Assembly (NCBI GenBank): GCA_038045945.1
Contig: JBBSXC010000003.1
Span: 64,001 to 128,000 of the forward strand
DNA: 64,000 bases
From: Nanobdellota archaeon
GTDB taxonomy: Archaea; Nanobdellota; Nanobdellia; Pacearchaeales; GW2011-AR1
Direction: 5' to 3'
Shown here piece after piece: positions 10,027-19,890 of this stretch. The first letter of the stretch is position 1, and each line of letters opens with the position of its first letter. The position numbers and the translations under genes are program-made. Below the pieces are notes generated by a model. It ran no database searches. It saw only the letters and a program-made list of their open reading frames with translations, and was not told the origin of the DNA.

Positions 10027-10191
10027 ACTTTTGAGCCACAAAAATTAAAGTTTTTGATGTTCAATAAAAAATAATTTTTTATTAATGCTTACAAATAATT
10101 ATAATGGTATTTCTTGACATAATAATTCTTATAAAGACAAAAAACGGTAGTAATAACTTAAAAAGGTTAAATGAAAAAATGGTGAACTAAA

Positions 10192-11787
10192 ATGACGACT
10201 ACAGATGCTCCTGTAGATATGGATGTAAAGAATAAAGTATTCTATGAAGAAGTAAGAGCTAGTTTAGGAGGAAAATTACCATTAAGTTTAGGAAGTAGCA
10301 GATTAGAACAAGGAGAGGGAGGAAGACTAGTAGTAGTATTCCCTAATGAAGTATACAAAGCAAGAGCTAATGATTACGGTCAAGAACTAAGAAGAGGACT
10401 AAGAAAAGTAGGGGGAGGAGAGGACTTATACTTAGGAGTTGACAAAAATATGCTTGATTCAGGAAGAAGACTAGCATCATCATACCTGTCAGGATTAGAA
10501 GAAGCAACAAACACAGAACCTGCAGAAAAAACAGTAAGAATTGTTGTTAGACCAAAAGACGAACTATTAGTGGTTAGGTCGCAAACAACAAAACAAAAAT
10601 CATTAGAAACAACAGCAACAAAATACCAGTTATTACCAAAACCAGAAACAATAATGAAGTATGAAGGAAACAATTACGCAGTAGACGTAACAAGAAGGAT
10701 AGCAGAATTAGCATCATCGCCAAAAGAAGTAAGAACAAACATAAAAAAAACATTAATTCACGGACCAAACGGGGCAGGAAAAACGGCGCTAGCAACAACA
10801 TTATGCTACAGTTTAGCAGAAGCAGGAATGACACCAGTATATTTGGACGTGCCGGGCCTGTCAGAGTTCTTAAGACATAACGCAAGAATGGCAGCAGCAA
10901 TAGCCGGAATGATGGGAGAACAAAAACCAATAATGAGAGAGTACGGACAATTAGAAAACTTAAGAGAAGCAGACTTATTAGTTTTAGACGGAATAGAAGC
11001 AACACTAAGGGGAGAAAAAGAAAACCGTCCGGGAGTAGAGGCAATCCTAAGAGCAGCAATAGACGCATCAGTAGCAAGAAACATACCTGTATTAGCACTA
11101 TACAGGGGGACGGGGGAAACACTCAAAGCGTACATATCAAGAATGAAGTTTGGGGAAGGAGGAAACAAAGACTTAGCAGACAGACTAGAAGAATTCGTAA
11201 GGGTGCCAATGCATTTACCATCAGGAAGAGAAAGAGGAGGACTAATGAAAGACTTACTAATAACAGAACACGGATTTAGCGAGCAAGCAAGCCAAGAAAT
11301 ATCAAGAGCGCTAGGAGAAAACTTTGGAAGCGAATCAACCTTGAGAGAAATAAGAGGATCAGTAGCATCAGCAGTAAACTACATAAATTTTGTTGGAGGA
11401 GAAAAACCAGACTATTACACACTAGCAAGTAAAGCACTAAAAGGAACGGCAGGACTGCAAGGATTACTATTCGGAAAAAAAGTAGATACAGCAGAATTAT
11501 TCAAAGAAATAGAAAGAAGAACAGGAATAGCCAAAGCAAGCATGACAGGAAGAAAAGGAACAAGCGACGTGATAAACGCAAGACACGCATACGCAGCAAT
11601 AGCAAGAAAAGATGAAAGTTTAGGAGTAAGCGCAATAGCAAAACTATTAGGAAAAGATCATGGAACACTAAACAGCGCGTATGAAAGAATAGACCGGGTG
11701 TTAGGTTCAACAGAACAAGAAAAATTAAGTCTTAGAGACAAAGAATTATTAAGACTAATAAAAACACTAGAAGAAGCAAAAGCTTGA
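10192..11787 (+). CDS. dnaA: DnaA-like AAA+ replication initiator homolog (divergent)
   Basis: Domain I-like LVVVFPNE; Walker A GPNGAGKT; Walker B LLVLDG; 'DLADRL' Arg finger; sensor II 'TLREIRG'; domain IV 'ARHAYAAIARK..SLGVSAIAKLLGKDHGTLNSAYERI'. Confidence 0.8.
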   Translation: MTTTDAPVDMDVKNKVFYEEVRASLGGKLPLSLGSSRLEQGEGGRLVVVFPNEVYKARANDYGQELRRGLRKVGGGEDLYLGVDKNMLDSGRRLASSYLSGLEEATNTEPAEKTVRIVVRPKDELLVVRSQTTKQKSLETTATKYQLLPKPETIMKYEGNNYAVDVTRRIAELASSPKEVRTNIKKTLIHGPNGAGKTALATTLCYSLAEAGMTPVYLDVPGLSEFLRHNARMAAAIAGMMGEQKPIMREYGQLENLREADLLVLDGIEATLRGEKENRPGVEAILRAAIDASVARNIPVLALYRGTGETLKAYISRMKFGEGGNKDLADRLEEFVRVPMHLPSGRERGGLMKDLLITEHGFSEQASQEISRALGENFGSESTLREIRGSVASAVNYINFVGGEKPDYYTLASKALKGTAGLQGLLFGKKVDTAELFKEIERRTGIAKASMTGRKGTSDVINARHAYAAIARKDESLGVSAIAKLLGKDHGTLNSAYERIDRVLGSTEQEKLSLRDKELLRLIKTLEEAKA

Positions 11788-11850
11788 TTGTTACTACTGT
11801 TTAGTTACTTTAATCGTTAGGTTTATATAGTCTTTTTACTTGGGTTTCTT

Positions 11851-13191
11851 ATGGGAAAAAAGATTTTATACGGTGCCGGACTTGTAGCTGCTGGAATAAC
11901 TGGTTACTTAATAGGCAGTTCTAAAAGTGTTGATCCAGACGCAGAAGTTGAGCTTAAACATGGAAAACAAGACAATAACATGCTGCGTGAAAGCACACAA
12001 AGAGTTTCTCTTAGAGGACTTTCTAACGATAAAAAACTTTTAGAATCTCAACTTGATGATGCTAAAACTCTTATTGCTCAAAAAGACGCTGAACTTGCTA
12101 AATACAAACCTTTCCAGGACTCATTAAACATTGCATCATACATTAAGAAAGCTGGCAGTGATGTCCCTATTAGCGCACTTAAAGGTCTTGACGCTAACGG
12201 TGGTATAGCATACCTAGACAAAAACAGCGGTTCTTTATACGTTAATACTAATGATAAAATAGTTAGAAACACTGTTGGTTCTTCACCCTTAGCTATGGCT
12301 ATCACTGGGGGAAAAATGCCTGCTAAAAGTTGGGGTATGTGGGACAGCAGAGGCGGTAAATGGAAGGATGGTGAACAATTATCCTCAACTGATCATTCTT
12401 ACAGAGCTTTCGCTTTCGGAGACCCGCAAGGACACTCAATAATTTCAGTTATTGATGAAAAAAGCGGAGAAAACGTTGGTAACACAGCAGTATCAGGATC
12501 TATTGAAGATTACGGTTTAACAACTGGCAAAAACTCTGAAGGTAAAGAAGTTCCAATAATATGGACTTTAACACTTGTTAATCCTTTAGCAGGACTTAAA
12601 GGAGAAGTACAAAGAGAAATACTAGGACCTCAATTTTCAAACTTTAGAACCGCTCTAGAATTATACGGTGAAGGTAAAGGAAGAAAAGACGGTAATGGAC
12701 AACTTATCCCTTACGAACAATACGCTGAATCAATAACTCTTACTCAAGCACTTGGTGATGGTAGAACTGGCGGACTAATTGATATATTACAAAAAATTAA
12801 TGTTGATGGAGAATTAAGAAGAGGTGAGGAAGCTTCATACTTTGACGCAAAATTCAAAGATAGCACTAGTGTAACAACTGGTACTTTACAAAGTGTTCCT
12901 TTAAGAGCTAAACCGGGAATTACTAAATGGATTTCACCAATTAACAGACCAGGAAAAGTTAGAAGTATTATAGCTGAAGATGATCGTGTTGTTTACGAAG
13001 TAGAATTCGGGGATTACCCTGCCCAATACTCAGAATTCGTAAGAGAAAGCAACATTAACTCATGCAACACTACAAGCGCAGGAGAATTCTACGGACTAAA
13101 AACAATTATTAATTCAGAACCACTACCAACACTTGAAAAAGAAATAGAAAGAGTAGACCAAGAATACAACGAAAAACTTAAGGGAAAGTAA
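11851..13191 (+). CDS. hypothetical membrane-anchored protein with coiled coil and beta-rich domain
   Basis: 446-aa ORF; N-terminal hydrophobic helix; coiled coil LESQLDDAKTLIAQKDAELAK. Confidence 0.7.
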   Translation: MGKKILYGAGLVAAGITGYLIGSSKSVDPDAEVELKHGKQDNNMLRESTQRVSLRGLSNDKKLLESQLDDAKTLIAQKDAELAKYKPFQDSLNIASYIKKAGSDVPISALKGLDANGGIAYLDKNSGSLYVNTNDKIVRNTVGSSPLAMAITGGKMPAKSWGMWDSRGGKWKDGEQLSSTDHSYRAFAFGDPQGHSIISVIDEKSGENVGNTAVSGSIEDYGLTTGKNSEGKEVPIIWTLTLVNPLAGLKGEVQREILGPQFSNFRTALELYGEGKGRKDGNGQLIPYEQYAESITLTQALGDGRTGGLIDILQKINVDGELRRGEEASYFDAKFKDSTSVTTGTLQSVPLRAKPGITKWISPINRPGKVRSIIAEDDRVVYEVEFGDYPAQYSEFVRESNINSCNTTSAGEFYGLKTIINSEPLPTLEKEIERVDQEYNEKLKGK

Positions 13192-13197
13192 AAAAAA

Positions 13198-13578
13198 ATG
13201 TTGAGACAAACACCTATAGAGGAAATAATTGATACTGAATCAATAATGATTGATAACAGAACTGATTCTAACGGATCATTAACTGCTAGACTACTAGTAG
13301 ATAATAATGACGACTTAGAGATTGATGAAAAAACAGAAGATTTTGCTAAAGACTTTGTTAACTACCTAAAAAGTCAGGGTTTTTCAGCATTAATAGACGG
13401 TAAAAAAGGAAATTATGAAGTAACAGCTAATAAGTCCGGAAGGAATGATTCTTACGTTGTTAGTAAAGGTTTCCCCCATGATTCTCAAAGCGTTATCGTA
13501 ACAATGATCCCAGTTCATGATTCTAACCCTTCAATAATGGGAGAATATCTCAGACACATACAAGGCGTTGTTTGGTAA
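13198..13578 (+). CDS. hypothetical protein
   Basis: 126-aa ORF starting 6 nt after the previous stop. Confidence 0.6.
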   Translation: MLRQTPIEEIIDTESIMIDNRTDSNGSLTARLLVDNNDDLEIDEKTEDFAKDFVNYLKSQGFSALIDGKKGNYEVTANKSGRNDSYVVSKGFPHDSQSVIVTMIPVHDSNPSIMGEYLRHIQGVVW

Positions 13579-13622
13579 AGTTATACAACAAGATTAAATA
13601 ATGCCTTTACTAACCATTATTC

Positions 13623-13871
13623 ATGCCTAAAAAGAGTGTTATGAAGATTCCTAAATCTTACACTCTTAATTGTCCTTTATGCCACAAAAACACTAGAGCT
13701 AGCACAAGTATAGATTTCTCACCACAAAAATACACCTGCCCAAAATGCCTCAAAGAAATATTAACACCAGTTAACTCATGCTGCATAATATGCGCAAACG
13801 ACATAAAAACGAGAAGATGTCCAAGAAACCTGTACATGGAAGCAGTAGTAAAAGGACTAATAATAAAATAA
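13623..13871 (+). CDS. small Cys-rich zinc-ribbon protein
   Basis: CPLC, CPKC, CCIIC and CP motifs. Confidence 0.65.
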   Translation: MPKKSVMKIPKSYTLNCPLCHKNTRASTSIDFSPQKYTCPKCLKEILTPVNSCCIICANDIKTRRCPRNLYMEAVVKGLIIK

Positions 13872-13874
13872 AAA

Positions 13875-14378
13875 ATGGATTATAATAACCTGTTAATACA
13901 GTCATTAGCAATAATAGCACTAGGACTATTCGCTATTTCTTACCATGCTAAAGCTAGATGGAAAATATTGTTATTTCAAGCAATAGCACTATTATTTTGG
14001 ATTACGCACTTTTTACTGCTATCAGCATGGACTGGAGCATCAATGAACATAATCAACATCTTTGTTATAACATTACTGATATTTAAAACAAAGAAAAAAT
14101 GGATTAGAAGCAACATTACCCTTTACTCAATAATCTTAGTATTTATCATTGCAACAATTATAACTTGGCAAGGCTACTACAGCATTTTCGCTCTTTTAGG
14201 AATAATCTTTATGACTATTGCAAGATGGCAGGACAAAACTATAAACATTCGTTATTTAGCACTACTTGGAGGACTATTATGGATAATTTATGATTTATTT
14301 GCAGGAGCTTACGGTAGCGTAATAGCAGAATTAGTAATAGGCACATCAATAATAATATCAATATACAGGAATAAGTAA
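13875..14378 (+). CDS. YgjV-family inner membrane protein
   Basis: 'HFLLLSAWTGA' and 'WIIYDLFAGAYGSVIAE' are typical of YgjV. Confidence 0.8.
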   Translation: MDYNNLLIQSLAIIALGLFAISYHAKARWKILLFQAIALLFWITHFLLLSAWTGASMNIINIFVITLLIFKTKKKWIRSNITLYSIILVFIIATIITWQGYYSIFALLGIIFMTIARWQDKTINIRYLALLGGLLWIIYDLFAGAYGSVIAELVIGTSIIISIYRNK

Positions 14379-14383
14379 TAAAA

Positions 14384-14530
14384 ATGAAAGGCAAAATTAA
14401 CAAACTAGTCGTTTTTAATTCAATAATCGCCTTAGGATGCTTAGCATTAACTTTTTTTGTTCATTGGTTATTCATAATTCCAGCAGTTTACTTAATGATA
14501 AGAAACCAAAAAGAACTGGTTAAGAACTAA
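14384..14530 (+). CDS. small membrane protein (48 aa, not in ORF track)
   Basis: MKGKINKLVVFNSIIALGCLALTFFVHWLFIIPAVYLMIRNQKELVKN; fills the intergenic gap. Confidence 0.6.
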   Translation: MKGKINKLVVFNSIIALGCLALTFFVHWLFIIPAVYLMIRNQKELVKN

Positions 14531-14576
14531 AATTATCTGGAAAAGATTTAAATATGTCAAATGATTGTTTATAATC

Positions 14577-15611
14577 GTGGCTTTTGATAACAAAAAATTG
14601 TTAGTATTCTCAATATTATTAGTATCATTGATAATTTTTAGCTCTGGAGTTATGGCTGCTTCTTGCCCTATAAAGGTAGAAGCTAAAACAACTAAGGCAT
14701 TACTTGCCGAGATACCATCAATTAATACTCAACTAACAGATTGTAAGACAGAAACACCATCACAACTAAAAAAACTCATAACTAATGGAGTATTCTTAGT
14801 TGAAATAACAGATAATGATGACATATACATCTCAATAACTGATGGAATAATCACAGGAGTAAGTGTGGCTAATGAAGGAAAATACTCTTATAGAGCAACT
14901 ATGAGCTCTTGCAACCTTGACGTAATGCTAAAAAAACCTAACACTATGGCTGCTTTCGCGAGCTACTACCTTAGCGGTAAAGCAGACCTAGGAGCTAGCG
15001 GAATAGTTAACAAAGTAAAATTATTCTTCGGAAAAATGTTCGCTAAAGGAACACTAAAAGACATAGCATCAGTTGTAGAGGATTGCGCGCCAGCAACTGA
15101 TGAAATAAGCGGGTACACAGGATACCAAGTTTGCGAATTTTACCAAGCACCAAAAGTAACTAAGAAACTAGTAACATGCACTGCTTACAAAGCAGGAGAC
15201 TCATTCTGCGTCACATCAATGGGTAAGGATGCTAGAGCACTAAAATGTGATGATACCGGGGTTGTTGTTTGTGGAATTAAGTGTGGTCAGAAAGCACCAA
15301 GCATGTGCGCAAGCGACATTAACAGAAAGAGAGGTAATAATGCAGCACCATTATCATTCTGTGAAGAGGAAATAAAAATGACAGATACAAAAACAAGCAC
15401 TAAAGGTAAAAAACCATCAAATTGTTATGAAACTTACATGCAAGGGCACGAACAATACCAATTCGCAAAAATGCAATGGGACGCTTGGCTAGCTGAAACA
15501 GGAAACATATGCCAAACACAAACAGCAGAAAAACCAAAATCTGACGGAGAATGCAAATACTTATACGAACAGATAAAGAACGGCGACAAAAAATGGTTAT
15601 GCTGGTACTAA
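14577..15611 (+). CDS. secreted Cys-rich protein with SCP2-like N-terminal domain
   Basis: Signal peptide (GTG start about 23 nt after TTTAAATA); SCP2-like segment ending 'ASYYLSGKADLGASG'; many Cys in the C-terminal half. Confidence 0.65.
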   Translation: MAFDNKKLLVFSILLVSLIIFSSGVMAASCPIKVEAKTTKALLAEIPSINTQLTDCKTETPSQLKKLITNGVFLVEITDNDDIYISITDGIITGVSVANEGKYSYRATMSSCNLDVMLKKPNTMAAFASYYLSGKADLGASGIVNKVKLFFGKMFAKGTLKDIASVVEDCAPATDEISGYTGYQVCEFYQAPKVTKKLVTCTAYKAGDSFCVTSMGKDARALKCDDTGVVVCGIKCGQKAPSMCASDINRKRGNNAAPLSFCEEEIKMTDTKTSTKGKKPSNCYETYMQGHEQYQFAKMQWDAWLAETGNICQTQTAEKPKSDGECKYLYEQIKNGDKKWLCWY

Positions 15612-15673
15612 AAGAAAAGCTTAATAACAAGAAAAAATAATTAGTTCTTAAGAGAAAAAAATATGGCGATAAA

Positions 15674-16450
15674 ATGTTAGAGTTTAGTGCATTATCTTCA
15701 GGTAGTTCGGGTAATTGTTTCTGGGTTAATAACACTGATACAAACAGCGCTGTCCTTATTGATTGCGGTATCAGCATGAAAAAAGCTAGTGAAAGATTAA
15801 CATCAATTAACAGAAGCATAACAGACGTTAAGGCAATATTCATAACTCACGAACACACAGACCACATAGCAGGAGCAGACGTGTTAAGCAGACACCTAAA
15901 AATACCAGTATTCGCAACAAAAAAAACTTTTGAAGCATTAAGATTTTGCGAGGAAGAATACCAAAACGTAATAAAAAAAGGAGAAAAAACAAATATTGGC
16001 GGAATGACTGTAGAATCATTCAAAAAGAATCATGGAGCAGCGGACCCAGTATCATACAACGTTACAAAAGAATCAAAAAAAGTATCAATAATTACAGATG
16101 TTGGAAGCACATGTGAAAACATTGATGACAACATTAAAGAATCAGACATTCTATGCTTAGAATCAAATCATGATTTACAATTACTTAAAGGAGGAAGATA
16201 CCCACAATTTTTGAAAGACTGGATAGCAAGCGACACAGGACACTTATCAAACAAACAAAGCGCACTAGCAGTCCTAGAACACGCAAGAAAAAAACTAAAA
16301 AAAGTAGTATTATCACACCTAAGCACCAATAACAACACACCAAGAGACGCACTAGAAACATTCCATGATTTAATAAAGCACAGACAAGACATAAAACCAC
16401 AAATAAGCGTATCAACAAGATACGCAGCAACAGAAATAATAAAAATATAA
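15674..16450 (+). CDS. MBL-fold metallo-hydrolase (YycJ/WalJ-like)
   Basis: SGSSGN, LIDCG, THEHTDH, LESNHD, GHLSN, LSHLS. Confidence 0.9.
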   Translation: MLEFSALSSGSSGNCFWVNNTDTNSAVLIDCGISMKKASERLTSINRSITDVKAIFITHEHTDHIAGADVLSRHLKIPVFATKKTFEALRFCEEEYQNVIKKGEKTNIGGMTVESFKKNHGAADPVSYNVTKESKKVSIITDVGSTCENIDDNIKESDILCLESNHDLQLLKGGRYPQFLKDWIASDTGHLSNKQSALAVLEHARKKLKKVVLSHLSTNNNTPRDALETFHDLIKHRQDIKPQISVSTRYAATEIIKI

Positions 16451-16501
16451 AAAAAACTTACTACAATAATACTTAAAAATTGTAATTTTCTCAACATTTT
16501 T

Positions 16502-17191
16502 ATGTATTACAATTTTGGCACTAAAGACTCACTAAACTTAGGAGAAATAACTGTTTTAGGAATGCAAGTTTTAGAAGAAAGAGCACAAAGCTTAGGAGCA
16601 GAAATATTAAGTTTAGGAGAACTTGAAGAAACCCCAGAAAAGGGTTATACCGCTAAAACAGAATTAGACATAGGAATAAAGGGAGGGAAAGGAAGAATAG
16701 GAACATCAAAACTACAATTAGTACTATTCAGACCTCGTGATGGAACAGGAACAAGAGAAAGTTACGCTCTAGAAAGATTACCGCCAAAACTAACACCAAG
16801 AAGAAAAGACGGAGTAGCAGAATTATTCATGACTGTTGGAACAGGATACAGAAACATGTGGTGGCCTGGAATAAACAACTTAAGAGAATTAACAGTTAAT
16901 GCAGAATCAGGATTAAGAGAACTATACCCATTAGGGTTAGAAGAAGGAGAATGGGCGGAAATAGTATCAGGAAGAAAAGGGCTAGTAGCACCAAAAAAAA
17001 CAGCTTTTGCTTACACCCACGACTCAAGAACAGGATACGGTAACCCACACGCAATAATATTCTCTAATCCTCAAACAAAAAACTTACCAAGAATTGATGA
17101 TATTGAACCATTATTCCAATTAGCAGCATTCTTAAAATTTGAAGATGATAAAGGATTAGAAATAGTGGATAAACTTGTAATAAAAAGATAA
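16502..17191 (+). CDS. hypothetical protein
   Basis: 229-aa ORF with native codon usage and upstream TATA-like CTTAAAAA. Confidence 0.65.
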   Translation: MYYNFGTKDSLNLGEITVLGMQVLEERAQSLGAEILSLGELEETPEKGYTAKTELDIGIKGGKGRIGTSKLQLVLFRPRDGTGTRESYALERLPPKLTPRRKDGVAELFMTVGTGYRNMWWPGINNLRELTVNAESGLRELYPLGLEEGEWAEIVSGRKGLVAPKKTAFAYTHDSRTGYGNPHAIIFSNPQTKNLPRIDDIEPLFQLAAFLKFEDDKGLEIVDKLVIKR

Positions 17192-17204
17192 AAAAAGTAT
17201 TCTT

Positions 17205-19010
17205 TTATATTTGGTGTTTTAAAGTCTTTTTTTGGTCTCGATAATTATCACTAAAAGACCAAGCGCCATCATTTAACTCTGGAAAAATCAGTAATCTGCC
17301 CCTAGGTAAACCAGTAATTTTTTTCTTAAAGTATTCTTCCTGGCCTTTAGGATCGCTCGTAAAATAATGATCCTTAAACTTAACAAAATCATCAATTTTA
17401 CCTTCAGCTTTAAAATTACCAATGAGTGCAAGCATTTTAGAAACAACTAAAGGCATTTTTACAGGATCAACAACGAATCTTTCCCTACCATCCTCATTAA
17501 CCGATAATAATCCTCCGTGTTCTACAAAAAAATTAAACATCATCTTACGAGAACCAGCATGATGAAGAGGATTAACACGCAAATTAACGCCTATTGCTTG
17601 GAGCATTGAGTAATAACCCGCAACAACGTCCTCATTATCAATAATGCCATGCTTAGCCATTATTGGTAAAGCAAACATAGAAATTAGTTCAGCCCTAGCT
17701 TCTTCCATAACAGAATAATCCTTACCGAAAACAATTCTGGGATCTTTAGAAATAACGACACCACCGGTGGTGTGTCCTTGTTCATGAGCAATAGTCATCT
17801 TCATAGTCAAATCATAATTCATTCTTGAACTATACTTTTGCAGTTCTGACTTAGTCATCATTTCTTTAGCAACAATATCATAAATGCCAGACTTCCTAAT
17901 AGCTTCTTGAATATTACCGTAAATCATAAGTCTAGAACCATGCTTATCAATAACTTCTTTTTCGTTAGGTAAAGCCTGAGCCATAGTGTTGAAGGGCAAA
18001 TCATCATAATCACCGGACCAAGAGATAACATTAACAACTCTTAAATCAGGAATAGCTGAATCAACAATAACCTTTTTGTTTTTCCAAGGAGCAGTTGATT
18101 CTATTTCTGGTAGGAGTGAACTGATTTTTTTACATAAACCCATATATTTCTTATCAACTAACATAAGTGATGAAGCAGCCCCTCCCCTAACACCCTTAAA
18201 TTCATCAATGTAAGTTTCTTCAGCCGTTCTAAACTTAAAATCAATTTCGTGATCGTTCTTAAGCCAAGCAATATCCGAAGCAAAACGATGGACTTTAGAA
18301 CCAGATCTTAACTCATCAATAACAGCCTTAAGATAAACCAATAATTTTCCATCAACCAAAGGCAAAACTTCCTCTAATTCTTTAATGACCTTACTAATAA
18401 CTAACAAAAACTTTTTTTCGTTATTAACAACTACTAAACCACCACTTTCATCCCTAACAACACTAGAATTAATAAGTTCCTGATCAGAAAGTGATAATTT
18501 TGATAATTCCTCATGGGTTATATCCTTAGGATACAAACCTCTACTAGGCAAATGTTTTTTAGGAATATTATGCAAACTAGAAAACTCTTGCGAAAAATTC
18601 TTAACTAACATAAATTTTTCTTCAATTTTATCAGGAGTTATAGGAAAAACTATAGCTAAACCATCATGATCAAACAAAGAGTTAGAAGCAGATAACAAAT
18701 CTAAATAATCATCAACTGATTTACGATCAGGAGAACCAATTGGTAAGCTTTGAGAATACTCCTCTATAGCCTTGTAAACCTGCGTTACATCATGATCCCT
18801 CTGCTGAGCTATTATAGAATTAAACAAGTTTACAGCCTTAGACAACTTCTCTAAAACTAACAAAAACTTTTTATCAGCAGTTATGAGCTCCGCAGGTAAA
18901 GCAACCTTAATTAGAGCAGCGTTCTCCTTATCACCCTGAGAAGTTATGTAAGTTATATCTCTAATCTTTCTTGAAACATTCAAATCTCGCATTAAATAAC
19001 AAACAATCAT
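17205..19010 (-). CDS. peptidase M49 (dipeptidyl-peptidase III-like)
   Basis: GLYPKD, ETYID, AQALPNE, HEQGH zinc motif, EEARAE; true start may be 18992. Confidence 0.8.
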   Translation of the reverse strand: MIVCYLMRDLNVSRKIRDITYITSQGDKENAALIKVALPAELITADKKFLLVLEKLSKAVNLFNSIIAQQRDHDVTQVYKAIEEYSQSLPIGSPDRKSVDDYLDLLSASNSLFDHDGLAIVFPITPDKIEEKFMLVKNFSQEFSSLHNIPKKHLPSRGLYPKDITHEELSKLSLSDQELINSSVVRDESGGLVVVNNEKKFLLVISKVIKELEEVLPLVDGKLLVYLKAVIDELRSGSKVHRFASDIAWLKNDHEIDFKFRTAEETYIDEFKGVRGGAASSLMLVDKKYMGLCKKISSLLPEIESTAPWKNKKVIVDSAIPDLRVVNVISWSGDYDDLPFNTMAQALPNEKEVIDKHGSRLMIYGNIQEAIRKSGIYDIVAKEMMTKSELQKYSSRMNYDLTMKMTIAHEQGHTTGGVVISKDPRIVFGKDYSVMEEARAELISMFALPIMAKHGIIDNEDVVAGYYSMLQAIGVNLRVNPLHHAGSRKMMFNFFVEHGGLLSVNEDGRERFVVDPVKMPLVVSKMLALIGNFKAEGKIDDFVKFKDHYFTSDPKGQEEYFKKKITGLPRGRLLIFPELNDGAWSFSDNYRDQKKTLKHQI

Positions 19011-19094
19011 TCATTATATAAATTATTAGTACAAGAAAAATTAAACAAACCATTTAACAAAAGCTTAATAAACAAAAAAAAGTATTCTTTTCTA

Positions 19095-19589
19095 ATGGCA
19101 GAACAAGAAGTAGAAGTAATAAAAAAGATTTTTGAGGTGATGAAAATGCACCCAAGTTACCAAGAGCACCAAGCCGTAATAACCAGTGAAGAAGCAGCTC
19201 AAACACGCGGAGTAGAACTAAAAAGCGGAATAAAAGCATTATTATTCACAAACGGAGAAGGAAAAGAAGTATCATGGGTAATAGTAAACGTACCAGCAGA
19301 CAAAAAAGTAGACCAAAAAAAAGTATCAGAAGAAATGGAGTGGAGTAAAGGAAAAACAAGAATGGCAACGGAAGCAGAAGTAGAAGAAAGAACAGGATGC
19401 AAAATAGGAGCAGTACCACCATTCGGACACAGAAAAAGAACAAAAATACTAGTAGATAAAAAAGTGTACGAAAACCAAGAAAGTAACTTTAATATAGGCA
19501 CAAGAACACAGTCAGTAAGGATACAAACAAAAGAAATGAGAATAGTATTTAACAAACTAGAAGCAAAAGAAGGAGAATACACAAAATAA
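19095..19589 (+). CDS. YbaK/ProXp aminoacyl-tRNA editing domain protein
   Basis: TSEEAA, KALL, TGCKIGAVPPFG, FNIGTRTQSV. Confidence 0.9.
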   Translation: MAEQEVEVIKKIFEVMKMHPSYQEHQAVITSEEAAQTRGVELKSGIKALLFTNGEGKEVSWVIVNVPADKKVDQKKVSEEMEWSKGKTRMATEAEVEERTGCKIGAVPPFGHRKRTKILVDKKVYENQESNFNIGTRTQSVRIQTKEMRIVFNKLEAKEGEYTK

Positions 19590-19888
19590 TGGGGATGCTA
19601 GACTTTTTAGGAAAAACAATAGGAGAAGGAGCAGCAAAAGTAGTAGAATCAGTAAAAAACGAAGCAGCAATAAGAATTAAGAAAGAAACACAAAAATTTG
19701 AGGAAAGAATAACAAAAAGAATAAGCGCAACAATGATAACATTCCTAGGAGTAATACTAGTAACAATAGGACTTGCATTCCTAATAATAGACTACCTAAA
19801 AATCAGCAGAACAATAACATTCATAACACTAGGAATAATAATATTACTGGTAGGAATAATAAAAAACCTAACAACAAAAAACCAATAA
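19589..19888 (+). CDS. small two-TM membrane protein
   Basis: Two hydrophobic helices; start overlaps the YbaK stop. Confidence 0.7.
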   Translation: MGMLDFLGKTIGEGAAKVVESVKNEAAIRIKKETQKFEERITKRISATMITFLGVILVTIGLAFLIIDYLKISRTITFITLGIIILLVGIIKNLTTKNQ

Positions 19889-19890
19889 GA

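Noticed and set aside
10027-10191. Bacterial oriC or sigma-70 promoter upstream of the dnaA-like gene
   Set aside because: AT-rich but no TTATNCACA boxes; TTGACA at about 10114 has no -10 element at 16-18 nt spacing; no skew switch.
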